Positions 20,245-30,158 of a stretch of 64,000 bases of DNA are shown here, one piece after another (position 1 is the stretch's first letter; each line of letters begins with the position of its first letter). Under the pieces are notes generated by a model, which saw only the letters and a program-made list of their open reading frames with translations, was not told where the DNA came from and did not search any database. A program made the translations under genes and the position numbers. Source of the DNA: Alphaproteobacteria bacterium (lineage in GTDB: Bacteria > Pseudomonadota > Alphaproteobacteria > UBA828); NCBI GenBank assembly GCA_963422645.2, contig CAXXVO010000009.1, positions 352,001 through 416,000 of the forward strand, given 5' to 3'.

Positions 20245-21180
20245 GTGTCGCCCCTCATCTTCGGACGACGCGCGATCCGCTCGTTCGCCGCCGCCGATGC
20301 CGAGAGCGCGGCGGGCGGCCGCTCGCTCTGGAGCGATGCCCGCAGACGCTTCTTCCGCAACCGTGCCGCCGTGGCGAGCCTCATCGTCCTGGTGCTCGTC
20401 GCCGTCTTCGCGATCTTCGGCGACCTGGTGGCGTCGTGGTCCAATGTGGAGATCGACTGGGCGATCCTCGGCAGCGTGGCGGAAGAGGGCGGCCCCTCGG
20501 TCGAGAACGGCCACTACTTCGGGGTCGACGAGCTCGGCCGCGACCTGTTCGCGCGCACGGTGCAGGGCACCCGCATATCGCTGATGGTCGGCGTCATCGG
20601 CGCGCTGATCTCGGTGGTGGTGGGGACGCTCTACGGCGCCACGGCGGGCTACTTCGGCGGCAAGCTCGACGGCGCGATGATGCGCGTCGTCGACGTGATG
20701 ATGGCCATTCCCTACATGTTCGTGCTGATCCTCTTCATGGTCGTGTTCGGGCGCTCGATTCTCGTGCTCTTCATCGGCATCGGACTGATCAGCTGGCTCG
20801 ACATGGCGCGGATCGCGCGCGGGCAGACTCTCAGCATCAAGAATCGGGAATTCGTCGAGGCCGCCGTGGCGATCGGCGTCCGGCCGGGCCGGATCATCCT
20901 GCGCCACATCATCCCCAATCTGCTGGGCGTGGTGATCGTCTACGCCACGCTGCTGGTGCCCTCGATGATCATCTACGAGAGCTTCATCAGCTTCCTCGGC
21001 CTCGGCGTGCAGGAGCCCGATACGAGCTGGGGCGCGCTCATCAACGACGGCGCGAGCCAGATGCAGTACGGCACGCTGTGGCAGCTGCTCTTCCCGCTCT
21101 TCTTCTTCGTCATCACGCTCTTCTCGTTCTTCTTCCTGGGCGACGGGCTGCGCGATGCGCTCGACCCGAAGGATCGCTGA
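20245..21180 (+). CDS. oppC: Oligopeptide ABC permease
   Basis: GVDELGRDLF, EFVEAA (EAA loop), SFLGLGVQEP, GDGLRDALDPK. Confidence 0.93.
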   Translation: MSPLIFGRRAIRSFAAADAESAAGGRSLWSDARRRFFRNRAAVASLIVLVLVAVFAIFGDLVASWSNVEIDWAILGSVAEEGGPSVENGHYFGVDELGRDLFARTVQGTRISLMVGVIGALISVVVGTLYGATAGYFGGKLDGAMMRVVDVMMAIPYMFVLILFMVVFGRSILVLFIGIGLISWLDMARIARGQTLSIKNREFVEAAVAIGVRPGRIILRHIIPNLLGVVIVYATLLVPSMIIYESFISFLGLGVQEPDTSWGALINDGASQMQYGTLWQLLFPLFFFVITLFSFFFLGDGLRDALDPKDR

Positions 21181-21183
21181 GCC

Positions 21184-22152
21184 GTGACGCTGCTGAGCGT
21201 GCGCGACCTGCGCGTGACCTTCGAGACCGGCGACGGCAGGGTGAACGCCGTGAACGGCGTCGACCTCGCGGTGGACGCGGGCCAGTCGCTTGCGATCGTG
21301 GGCGAGAGCGGCTCCGGCAAGAGCCAGATCATGTACGCCATCATGGGGCTGCTGGCGCGCAACGGCGCCGCCGCCGGCTCGGTCGTATTCGACGGCAGCG
21401 AGCTCCTCGGCCTCGACGAGGCGGCGCTGAACCGCATTCGCTCCAGCCAGATCGCGATGATCTTTCAGGAGGCGATGACCTCGCTCAATCCCTACATGCG
21501 GATTTCGCACCAGATGATCGAGGTGCTGACGCTGCACAAGGGCATGAGCCGGCGGGACGCGCTCGCCGAATCGGTGCGCCTGCTGGAGGCGATGGAGGTG
21601 CCGGAGGCGAAGACGCGCATCGGCATGTATCCCCACGAGTTCTCGGGTGGGATGCTCCAGCGGGTGTTGATCGCGATGGCGCTGCTCTGCCGCCCGCGCC
21701 TGCTGATCGCCGACGAGCCGACCACGGCGCTGGACGCCACCGTGCGGGGCCAGATCGTGCGCCTGCTCGCGGACGTGCGCTCCACATTCGATACCGCCGT
21801 CATCCTGGTCACCCACGACGTCGGCATCGTGGCGGGGAACTGCGACGAGATGGTCGTGCTCTACGGCGGCCGGGTGATGGAGAGCGGGCCGGTCGCAAGC
21901 GTCTTCGCCCAGCCGCACCACCCCTATACGCGGGGCCTGCTGGACGCCGTGCCGCGGCTCGACCGGGACGACGAGAGGCTGCGCGCCATCCCGGGCGATC
22001 CTCTCAGCATGAACCTGCTGCCTGCCGGCTGCCCCTTCGCCGCGCGCTGCCCGCGGGTGGAAGACATCTGCCATCGTGAGCGGCCTGAGGGCACCCGGCC
22101 TGCGCCGGGCCGGCTGGTCGCCTGCCACCGGCCCCTGGAGGGTGCGGCATGA
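21184..22152 (+). CDS. oppD: Oligopeptide ABC ATP-binding protein
   Basis: [25 protein letters not shown]-terminal GCPFAARC. Confidence 0.93.
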   Translation: MTLLSVRDLRVTFETGDGRVNAVNGVDLAVDAGQSLAIVGESGSGKSQIMYAIMGLLARNGAAAGSVVFDGSELLGLDEAALNRIRSSQIAMIFQEAMTSLNPYMRISHQMIEVLTLHKGMSRRDALAESVRLLEAMEVPEAKTRIGMYPHEFSGGMLQRVLIAMALLCRPRLLIADEPTTALDATVRGQIVRLLADVRSTFDTAVILVTHDVGIVAGNCDEMVVLYGGRVMESGPVASVFAQPHHPYTRGLLDAVPRLDRDDERLRAIPGDPLSMNLLPAGCPFAARCPRVEDICHRERPEGTRPAPGRLVACHRPLEGAA

Positions 22153-23159
22153 GCGCGCCCATGCTCTCGGTGCGCGACCTCTCGGTCACATTTCGCGTGC
22201 GGCCCCGGGGGAGTCCGCCCTGGACGCGGGCGCGGACGCTTCAGGCCGTCCGGGGCGTCAGCTTCGACCTCGCGCCGGCCGAAACGCTTGGTATCGTCGG
22301 CGAAAGCGGATCGGGCAAGTCGACCCTCGCCCGCGCCCTGATCGGCACGGTGCCCGCCACCGAGGGGCAGGCGCTCTGGCAGGGCAAGGATCTACTGGCG
22401 ATGGGCGTCGAGGAGCGCCGCCCGCTGCGCCGCGACATCCAGATGATCTTCCAGAATCCGCTCGGCGCGCTGGACCCCCGGATGACCGCGGGCGAGATCA
22501 TCGCCGAGGCGCTCACGACCCACGAGAGGCGCATGCCGCGCCACGAGGTCCGCGCGCGTGTCGCGGCAATGCTGGAGCGGGTGGGCCTGCTGCCCGAGCA
22601 CATCAACCGCTACCCGCACGAGTTCTCCGGCGGCCAGTGCCAGCGCATCAACGTCGCGCGCGCGCTCATCGTCGAGCCCAAGCTGGTGATCTGCGACGAG
22701 CCGGTCTCGGCGCTGGATGTCAGCGTGCAGGCCCAGATCGTCAATCTGCTTCAGGACCTGAAGCGCGACCTCGCGCTCGCCCTGATCTTCATCTCCCACG
22801 ATCTGAGCGTGGCGAAGCACATCTCCGACCGCATCATGGTGTTCTATCTCGGCCGCACGATGGAGTACGGGGCGGCGGGCGATCTCATTCGCAGGCCCCG
22901 CCATCCCTACACCCAGGCGCTCATCGCGACCGCGCCGGTGCCGGACCCCGAGATCGAGCGCGGGCGCGAGGTCACGGCGTTGAAGGGCGAGCTGCCCTCG
23001 CCGCTCGCACCGCCGTCCGGCTGCGTGTTCCGCACCCGCTGCCCCATCGCCCGCCCGGCCTGCGCGGACGAGGCACCGGCCATGCAGGCGTTCGGCCCCG
23101 ATCACGTCGCGGCCTGCCCCTACGGCGAGCCTTCAAGGGGTGAGGCCGGTTTGGGATAG
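22149..23159 (+). CDS. oppF: Oligopeptide ABC ATP-binding protein
   Basis: [40 protein letters not shown]. Confidence 0.93.
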   Translation: MSAPMLSVRDLSVTFRVRPRGSPPWTRARTLQAVRGVSFDLAPAETLGIVGESGSGKSTLARALIGTVPATEGQALWQGKDLLAMGVEERRPLRRDIQMIFQNPLGALDPRMTAGEIIAEALTTHERRMPRHEVRARVAAMLERVGLLPEHINRYPHEFSGGQCQRINVARALIVEPKLVICDEPVSALDVSVQAQIVNLLQDLKRDLALALIFISHDLSVAKHISDRIMVFYLGRTMEYGAAGDLIRRPRHPYTQALIATAPVPDPEIERGREVTALKGELPSPLAPPSGCVFRTRCPIARPACADEAPAMQAFGPDHVAACPYGEPSRGEAGLG

Positions 23160-23234
23160 GCCGGGCTTCCTCGTATAGTCCGGGCGGGTTCCATGCGGGA
23201 GCGCGCCGCGATGCGCTGACCGAGGGAGGACGGC

Positions 23235-24377
23235 ATGAAGCTCAGCACCGAACGCATACTCACGACCCATGTGGGCTCGCTGCCGAGGCCGCAGGACGTC
23301 TCCGACATGCTGCTCGCCAAGGAGAACGAGACGCTGGCCGACCAGGGCGCCTTCGACGCCTGCATGGTGAGCGCCGTGGCCGACGTCGTGCGCCAGCAGG
23401 TCGACGCCGGGGTCGACATCGTCTCCGACGGCGAGATGAGCAAGATCGGCTACTCCACCTACGTCACGGAGCGGCTGCACGGCTTCTCGGGCGACAGCGC
23501 GCGCAAGATGCCGCGGGACCTCGAGCTCTACCTGGCCTTCGCACAGCGCGTGGCCGCCCAGGGCGAGGCGCCGCAGGTCAGGCGCGCGCCCTGCGTCGGC
23601 GAGATCAGCCTCAAGGACGAGGCGCCGCTCAGGAAGGACCTCGCCAACATGGCCGCCGCGCTGGAGGGCGCCGGCGCGGCCGAGGGCTTCATGAACGCGG
23701 CGTCCCCCGGCGTCATCGCGTTCTTCCAGCCCAACCAGTACTACCCGAGCGAGGACGCCTACCTGGAGGTGCTGGGCGAGATGATGAAGTCCGAGTACGA
23801 GGCGATCCACGCCGCGGGGCTGGTGATCCAGCTCGACTGCCCCGATCTCGCCATGACCCGGCACAGCATCCACAAGGACAAGAGCGACGAGGAATTCGTC
23901 GCCCAGGCCGAGCGCAACATCGAGGTGCTGAACTACGCGCTGGAGAAGGTGCCCGCCGAGGCGGCGCGGATGCACCTCTGCTGGGGCAACTACGAGGGGC
24001 CCCACATCTGCGACATCGCGCTGGACGCGATCTACGACGTGGCGATGAAGGCGAAGCCGCAGGCGATTTCCTTCGAGGCTGCGAACCCGCGCCACGCCCA
24101 CGAGTGGACCGTGTTCGCCGAGCGCGGCCTGCCGGAGGACAAGGTGCTGATCCCCGGCGTGATCGATTCGGTCTCGAACTTCGTCGAGCACCCGGCGCTG
24201 GTGGCGGAGCGCATCTGCCGCCTCGCCGATATCGTGGGCCGCGAGCGCGTGCTGGCGGGCGCGGACTGCGGCTTCGGCACCTTCGCGGGCTTCGGCCGGG
24301 TGGATTCGGAGATCGTCTACGCCAAGCTCGGCGCGCTTGCCGAGGGCGCAGCACTGGCCTCCGACCGGCTCTGGTAG
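23235..24377 (+). CDS. Cobalamin-independent methionine synthase II family (MetE-like, single barrel) protein
   Basis: TTHVGSLPRP, VSDGEMSK, HLCWGNYEGPH, DCGFGT (Zn ligands present). Confidence 0.9.
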   Translation: MKLSTERILTTHVGSLPRPQDVSDMLLAKENETLADQGAFDACMVSAVADVVRQQVDAGVDIVSDGEMSKIGYSTYVTERLHGFSGDSARKMPRDLELYLAFAQRVAAQGEAPQVRRAPCVGEISLKDEAPLRKDLANMAAALEGAGAAEGFMNAASPGVIAFFQPNQYYPSEDAYLEVLGEMMKSEYEAIHAAGLVIQLDCPDLAMTRHSIHKDKSDEEFVAQAERNIEVLNYALEKVPAEAARMHLCWGNYEGPHICDIALDAIYDVAMKAKPQAISFEAANPRHAHEWTVFAERGLPEDKVLIPGVIDSVSNFVEHPALVAERICRLADIVGRERVLAGADCGFGTFAGFGRVDSEIVYAKLGALAEGAALASDRLW

Positions 24378-24380
24378 GGG

Positions 24381-25127
24381 ATGGCGGCGCCCCGCCGGGT
24401 GCTCGTCATCCGCCATTCGGAGATCGACCAGCCCGGCTTCTTCGGCGAGGTGATGGCCGAGGCCGGCATCGATTGGCGTGCCTGCGATCCCTGGCAGGGC
24501 GAGCCCTTCCCGCCGCTCCAGGACTATGACGCCCTGCTCGCCATGGGCGGGCCGCAGCAGGCGGACGAGGAGCATCTCTACCCCTGGCTCGGGCCGGAGA
24601 AGGCGCTGCTGCGGGACGCCGTGACCGGGGGCATGCCGGTGCTCGGCGTCTGCCTCGGCTGCCAGCTGCTGGCCGATGCCCACGGCGGCACCGTCGCGCC
24701 GCTGCCCGAGCCCGAAGTCGGCATCGTCGACTTCGCGCTCACCGATGCGGGCCGCGCCGACCCCCTCTTCGCCGGGCTGCCGGCGGCCCCGCTCACCATG
24801 CAGTGGCATCTGAACGCGGTCACCGCGATGCCGAGGCAGGCGGTCCTGCTCGCCACCTCCGAGGCCTGCGCGGTTCAGGCCTATCGGCTCAGCCCCCGCG
24901 CCTACGGCGTGCAGTTCCACATGGAGGTGGATGCGAAGCTGGTGGGGGCGACCGCGCTCTTCCCCGAATACGTCGCCGCGCTGGAGAGCCAGCAGGGCCA
25001 GGGCGCGTTCGCGCGCATGGTGGCCGACGCGGCTGCCAAGGAGGAGACGCTGCGCGCCAACGGCAGCCGGCTCTTCCGGAATTTCCTGGGGCTCATGGAG
25101 GCGGAGGCCAAGCGGCCGGCGGCTTAA
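24381..25127 (+). CDS. Type 1 glutamine amidotransferase
   Basis: GVCLGCQLLA nucleophile; GVQFHME triad. Confidence 0.9.
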   Translation: MAAPRRVLVIRHSEIDQPGFFGEVMAEAGIDWRACDPWQGEPFPPLQDYDALLAMGGPQQADEEHLYPWLGPEKALLRDAVTGGMPVLGVCLGCQLLADAHGGTVAPLPEPEVGIVDFALTDAGRADPLFAGLPAAPLTMQWHLNAVTAMPRQAVLLATSEACAVQAYRLSPRAYGVQFHMEVDAKLVGATALFPEYVAALESQQGQGAFARMVADAAAKEETLRANGSRLFRNFLGLMEAEAKRPAA

Positions 25128-25156
25128 CAATAGGCGACGCGACAAGGAGAGAGGGA

Positions 25157-25942
25157 ATGGATCGGGAATCAGCAACCAGAGCGGGCGCGCTCCTGTGGGA
25201 AGCCTGGCAAGGGCGCACGCAGATCGCGGCATTGCCGGCGGACTGCCGGCCCGGGACGCTGGCGGAGGCCTACGCGGTGCAGGAGGGGCTCGCGGCGAGC
25301 GCGGGCCTCGCCATCGCGGGCTACAAGATCGGCGCCACCAACGCGCAAGTGCAGGCGCGCTTCGGCGTGGACGCGCCCTTCTCCGGCCGCCTCTTCGCCG
25401 ACTACGTGGGCGAAAGCCCGCTCCGCGTGCCCGCGAACACGGTGAACTTCTACGCGATCGAGGCGGAGTTCGACTTCGTGATGGGCCAAGCGCTCGCCCC
25501 GCGGGCCGCGCCCTACACGGGCGACGAGGTGCGCGCGGCGGTCGCCAGCGTGCACCCCGCCATCGAGGTGCCGGACTCCCGCTACGCCGACTGGCTCTCC
25601 ATGAAGGCGCCGGACCTGATCGGCGACAACGCCATCGGCTGCCTGCTGGCGCTCGGGGCGGAGGCGGCGGGCATGCTCGACCACGACCTCGCGGGCCAGC
25701 CGGTGGTGGTCCGCATCAACGGCGAGGTGGTGAGCGAGGGCGCGGGCGCCAACGTCCTCGGCGATCCGTGGAACGTCATGGTCTGGCTCGCGAACCACCT
25801 GAGCGAGCGCGGGCTCACGCTGGAGGCCGGGCACATCGTGACCACCGGAAGTGCTGCCGACGTGGTGCAGTGCCAGCCGGGCGACACGGTGACCGCAGAG
25901 TTCGGCCCCATCGGCCAGGCGGAGGTACACTTCGAGGCGTGA
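25157..25942 (+). CDS. 2-keto-4-pentenoate hydratase-like (FAH family) protein
   Basis: GYKIGAT, IEAEF, PAIEVPDSRY, LGDPW...WLAN, VTTGS. Confidence 0.88.
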   Translation: MDRESATRAGALLWEAWQGRTQIAALPADCRPGTLAEAYAVQEGLAASAGLAIAGYKIGATNAQVQARFGVDAPFSGRLFADYVGESPLRVPANTVNFYAIEAEFDFVMGQALAPRAAPYTGDEVRAAVASVHPAIEVPDSRYADWLSMKAPDLIGDNAIGCLLALGAEAAGMLDHDLAGQPVVVRINGEVVSEGAGANVLGDPWNVMVWLANHLSERGLTLEAGHIVTTGSAADVVQCQPGDTVTAEFGPIGQAEVHFEA

Positions 25943-26035
25943 GGCGCGCAGGGCTCAGCCCAACGCCGGCCGGCTGGAGTAACTTGCTTCGCTCCGACAA
26001 GACCGCCACAATTCCCAGTGGTCGGGCCGCGCGCG

Positions 26036-26145
26036 CCCACCTCCCCCTGTCCCCCTCCCCCCTGAAGGGCGGAGGGGGGACGTAGGCGACGCCGCTTTGC
26101 GCTCCCTCTCCTCCCTGGGGAGGAGAGGGCCGGGGTGAGGAGGGG
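26036..26145. repeat. Palindromic REP doublet (REPIN-like)
   Basis: Near-identical to the reverse complement of 3286-3392 and similar to 42111-42221. Confidence 0.85.
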
Positions 26146-26180
26146 TCGCGCGAAGGCGCGGCTCAGGGGAGGAGAGAGCG

Positions 26181-26969
26181 ATGAGCACATCCACAGCCGA
26201 GGCTGCTGCGGCAAGGTTCAAGACCATCCAGCTCGTGCCGGGCGAGGCCGAGCTTCGCGTGCAGCTCGCCGCCGCCTACCGGCTGGTCGAGCATTTTGGC
26301 TGGAACGAGTCGATCTACGGCCACCTCACCGTGCGCGTGCCGGGGCCGGAGCGGCACTTCCTCATCAACCCCTACGGCCTGCGTTACGGCGAGGTGAGGG
26401 CGTCGAACCTGGTCAAGATCACGCTGGAGGGCGAGATCGTGGGCGAGAGCGAGTGGCCGGTGAACGCGGCCGGCTACGCCATACACGGCGCGATCCACAA
26501 GGCGGCGCCGGACGCGCACTGCGTCATGCACACGCACTCGCCGGCGGGCATGGCGGTGGCGGCGCTGGAATGCGGGCTGCTGCCGATCAGCCTGGATGCG
26601 ACGCTCTTCCACGGCATGGTCGGCTATCACGCGTACGAGGGCGCGGTGGTGAGCGCGGACGAGAAGGCGCGGCTGGTCCACGACCTCGGCTGCAACCGCG
26701 CGCTGATCCTCCGCAACCACGGCCTCGTCACCGTGGGCCGGACCATCCCGGAAGCCTTCCTCTACCTCCACCGGCTGGAGACCGCGTGCAAGACGCAGGT
26801 GGACGCGCTCGCGATGAACGCGGCGCTCGTGCATGTGCCGGAAGAGGTGTGCGAGAAGTCCCTCCGCGAGATCGCCGATTTCTCCACCCACGTGGGCGAC
26901 ATCGGCGCGGTCGAGTTCCAGGCCTTCATGCGCATGCTGGATCAGAGGGATGCGGGGTATCGGGAGTAG
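26181..26969 (+). CDS. Class II aldolase/adducin family protein
   Basis: FLINPYG, IHGAIH, CVMHTHS, LILRNHG. Confidence 0.92.
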   Translation: MSTSTAEAAAARFKTIQLVPGEAELRVQLAAAYRLVEHFGWNESIYGHLTVRVPGPERHFLINPYGLRYGEVRASNLVKITLEGEIVGESEWPVNAAGYAIHGAIHKAAPDAHCVMHTHSPAGMAVAALECGLLPISLDATLFHGMVGYHAYEGAVVSADEKARLVHDLGCNRALILRNHGLVTVGRTIPEAFLYLHRLETACKTQVDALAMNAALVHVPEEVCEKSLREIADFSTHVGDIGAVEFQAFMRMLDQRDAGYRE

Positions 26970-27282
26970 GGGTGACAGAATGGGTAACCATGAGGGTGGG
27001 ATCAGTGGGGCGAAGTGCCGAAGGACTGTTATCTCAAATTTTTTGACAGCGCCGTGACTGCTGAGCACTTGGTAACCGCCAATACTGAAAGGGAGATACA
27101 GGGGTGAACGATTATGTAAGGCCAGAACGAATTGACCTGAAAAACCACTCGGAACTTACTGAGTGTTGTTAAGCGTGGAAAAGTGACCCCCTATTGGGGG
27201 TGATCGGCGTCCAAAATTGACCCCCTTGGATTTGTGTCCATGAACACACCTCGTCGTTTGGACGGACGGGGTGGTGGGGGAG

Positions 27283-28797
27283 ATGCTGGTTGTGGAAACG
27301 ATCGCGAAGATCCGTCGGGATCATCTGGTGAAGGGCGTTCCGATCAAGAAGCTCGCCCGGGATTTGAGGGTTTCCAAGAACACGATACGCAAGGTGGTGC
27401 GGGGCGATGCGACCTCGCACAGCTACGAGCGCAAGATCCAGCCGATGCCGAAGCTTGGGCTGTGGGTGGAGGAGCTTGAGCGCCAGCTGAAGGCCAACGA
27501 GAAGAAGGCACGCAAGGATCGGCTGTCTCTTCTGCGGATTCATGAAGACCTTGTGTCGCTGGGCTACAAGGGCGGCTATGACGCGGTTCGCCGCTATGCC
27601 AGGGCCTGGCGGCGCCGGTGGCGGCTGTTGTCGCCGGCGCAGGCCTATGTGCCGCTGATCTTCGATCCCGGCGAGGCCTACCAGTTCGACTGGAGCCACG
27701 AGTACGCGCGTCTGTCGGGCGCGACGACCAGGGTGAAGGCGGCGCACATGCGGCTGTGCCACAGCCGGATGTATCTGGTCCAGATCTTTCCCCGCGAGAG
27801 CCAGGAGATGGTCTTCGAGGCGCACGAGCGTGCCTTCCGCTTCTTCGGCGGGGTCTGCCGGCGGGGCATCTACGACAACATGAAGACGGCGGTGAGCACG
27901 ATCTTCGTGGGCAAGAAGCGGGACTACAACCGCCGCTTCCAGGAGCTGTGCTCGCACCATCTGGTGGAGCCTGTGGCGTGCACGCCAGGGGCTGGCTGGG
28001 AGAAGGGGCAGGTCGAGAAGCAGGTGGGTGACCTTCGCGGCCGCCTGTTCGTGCCCATCCCGCGGGGCCGCTCCTACGCCGAGATCAACGAGTGGCTGAT
28101 GGATCGGTGCATCGAGGACGCCAAGAAGCATCCGCATCCGACAATCCCGGGCAAGACGGTGTGGCAGGTGTTCGAGGAGGAGCAGCCCTTCCTGATGGCG
28201 TATCGCGGCCCCTTCGACGGCTTCCATGCCAGCGAGGTGTCGGTCTCGAAGACCTGTCTGGTGCGCTTCGACAACAACCAGTACAGCGTCGCGGCCCGCG
28301 CCGTCGGCCGGCCGGTGGACGTGCGGGCCTATGCCGATCGGATCGTCATCCGCCAGGACGGCGAGACCGTTGCCGAGCACCCCCGCAGCTTCGGGCGCGG
28401 CCGGTTCGTCTACGATCCGTGGCATTACGTGCCGATCCTGACGCGGAAGCCCGGCGCGCTACGCAATGGCGCGCCCTTCAAGGACTGGCAGTTGCCCAAC
28501 GCGCTCGGCCGCCTGCGAACCCGGCTCGCGGGCCACGACGACGGCGACCGGCAGTTCGTCAAGGTGCTCGCGGCGGTGCTGGAGGACGGACTGGAGGCGG
28601 TTGAGGCGGCCTGTGCCGAGACGCTCGACTGCGGTGCCTGCAGCGCCGACGTGGTGCTCAACATCCTCGCCCGGCAGCGCCAGCCGGCACCGCCGGCAAT
28701 CATCCCGACGCCCGAGGGCCTGCAGCTTCGCCACAAGCCGGTAGCCGACTGTCAGCGCTACGACAGCCTGAGGGAGGCCGGTCATGGAGCGTCATGA
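27283..28797 (+). CDS. istA: IS21 transposase
   Basis: N-terminal HTH; YQFDW, YDNMKT, KGQVE DDE motifs. Confidence 0.95.
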   Translation: MLVVETIAKIRRDHLVKGVPIKKLARDLRVSKNTIRKVVRGDATSHSYERKIQPMPKLGLWVEELERQLKANEKKARKDRLSLLRIHEDLVSLGYKGGYDAVRRYARAWRRRWRLLSPAQAYVPLIFDPGEAYQFDWSHEYARLSGATTRVKAAHMRLCHSRMYLVQIFPRESQEMVFEAHERAFRFFGGVCRRGIYDNMKTAVSTIFVGKKRDYNRRFQELCSHHLVEPVACTPGAGWEKGQVEKQVGDLRGRLFVPIPRGRSYAEINEWLMDRCIEDAKKHPHPTIPGKTVWQVFEEEQPFLMAYRGPFDGFHASEVSVSKTCLVRFDNNQYSVAARAVGRPVDVRAYADRIVIRQDGETVAEHPRSFGRGRFVYDPWHYVPILTRKPGALRNGAPFKDWQLPNALGRLRTRLAGHDDGDRQFVKVLAAVLEDGLEAVEAACAETLDCGACSADVVLNILARQRQPAPPAIIPTPEGLQLRHKPVADCQRYDSLREAGHGAS

Positions 28798-29512
28798 TGT
28801 GCTGGAGATGATGACCCAGCTGAAGCTCGCAGGTATGCGCGCCGCTTACGACGACATCCTTGCCGACGGGCTCAAGCGCCGCCATCCGGTGCAACAGATC
28901 ATCGGTACGCTGCTGCAGGTCGAGATCGCCGACAAGAGGGCCCGCTCGATCAAGTACCAGATGGCCTCCGCCAAGCTGCCGACGGTCAAGGAGCTGGCCG
29001 ACTTCGACTTCGCCGCCTCGCCGGTCAACGAGCCCCTGATCCAGGAGCTCGCCGGCGGCGGCTTCCTCGAGGGCAAACGCAACATCGTGCTGGTCGGCGG
29101 CACCGGTACCGGCAAGACCCATCTCGCCGTCGCCATCGCGCGGTCCTGCATCCGCAAGGGCGCGCGCGGCCGGTGCTACAACGTCGTCGACCTGGTCAAC
29201 CTCCTCGAGGCCGAGCTTCGCGCCGGACGCCAGGGCCGCACTGCAGACCAGCTCGTCCGCCGCGACTTCGTCATCCTCGACGAGCTCGGCTACCTGCCCT
29301 TCGCCCAGGCCGGTGGGCAGCTGCTCTTCCATCTGATGAGCCGGCTCTACGAGCGCACCTCGATCGTCATCACCACAAACCTCGCCTTCGGCGAATGGCC
29401 ATCCGTCTTCGGCGACCCCAAGATGACCACAGCGCTGCTCGATCGCCTCACCCATCATTGCGAGATCATCGAGACCGGCAACGAGAGCTGGCGCTTCAAG
29501 AACCGCTCCTGA
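28784..29512 (+). CDS. istB: IS21 helper ATPase
   Basis: [31 protein letters not shown]. Confidence 0.95.
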   Translation: MERHDVLEMMTQLKLAGMRAAYDDILADGLKRRHPVQQIIGTLLQVEIADKRARSIKYQMASAKLPTVKELADFDFAASPVNEPLIQELAGGGFLEGKRNIVLVGGTGTGKTHLAVAIARSCIRKGARGRCYNVVDLVNLLEAELRAGRQGRTADQLVRRDFVILDELGYLPFAQAGGQLLFHLMSRLYERTSIVITTNLAFGEWPSVFGDPKMTTALLDRLTHHCEIIETGNESWRFKNRS

Positions 29513-29624
29513 CCCGCCGCCGGCCTCCCTTGCGGCCCGGTTGCCCCGGTGGGCCAACAGGGACCCCCCACGCGGCTTCGCTCCGCGTAGCGCAGGGCGC
29601 CACACGAAGCCGCGCGGGTCCCCC

Positions 29625-30158
29625 CTATTGGCTACCGGGACAACCTCCGCCGTGCCACTCAGGGGGGTCAATTTTGCACGCCGATCGGGGGTCAGTATTG
29701 AAAGCCGATTGACATCCGGCGCGAAGCTCGGCCTCGAGGAGGTTGACCAGGTCGACGACGTTGTAGCACCGGCCGCGCGCGCCCTTGCGGATGCAGGACC
29801 GCGCGATGGCGACGGCGAGATGGGTCTTGCCGGTACCGGTGCCGCCGACCAGCACGATGTTGCGTTTGCCCTCGAGGAAGCCGCCGCCGGCGAGCTCCTG
29901 GATCAGGGGCTCGTTGACCGGCGAGGCGGCGAAGTCGAAGTCGGCCAGCTCCTTGACCGTCGGCAGCTTGGCGGAGGCCATCTGGTACTTGATCGAGCGG
30001 GCCCTCTTGTCGGCGATCTCGACCTGCAGCAGCGTACCGATGATCTGTTGCACCGGATGGCGGCGCTTGAGCCCGTCGGCAAGGATGTCGTCGTAAGCGG
30101 CGCGCATACCTGCGAGCTTCAGCTGGGTCATCATCTCCAGCACATCATGACGCTCCAT
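29625..30158 (-). pseudogene. istB: Truncated IstB fused to the read-through of the copy 1 right end
   Basis: Identical to IstB up to AELRAG, then CQSAFNTDP...; Walker B absent. Confidence 0.9.

Larger units (their letters stand above)
27164..29714 (+). mobile_element. IS21 family element, complete copy 1
   Basis: TG...CA ends; left TGTTGTTAAGCGTGGAAAAGTGACCCC and right (rc) TGTCAATCGGCTTTCAATACTGACCCC with repeated subterminal TGACCCC boxes; istA-istB. Confidence 0.95.

Noticed and set aside
27163-27166. GTGT/ACAC as an inverted target-site duplication around the IS21 pair
   Set aside because: Spacing to the TGACCCC box shows TGT belongs to the IS left end, which starts at 27164
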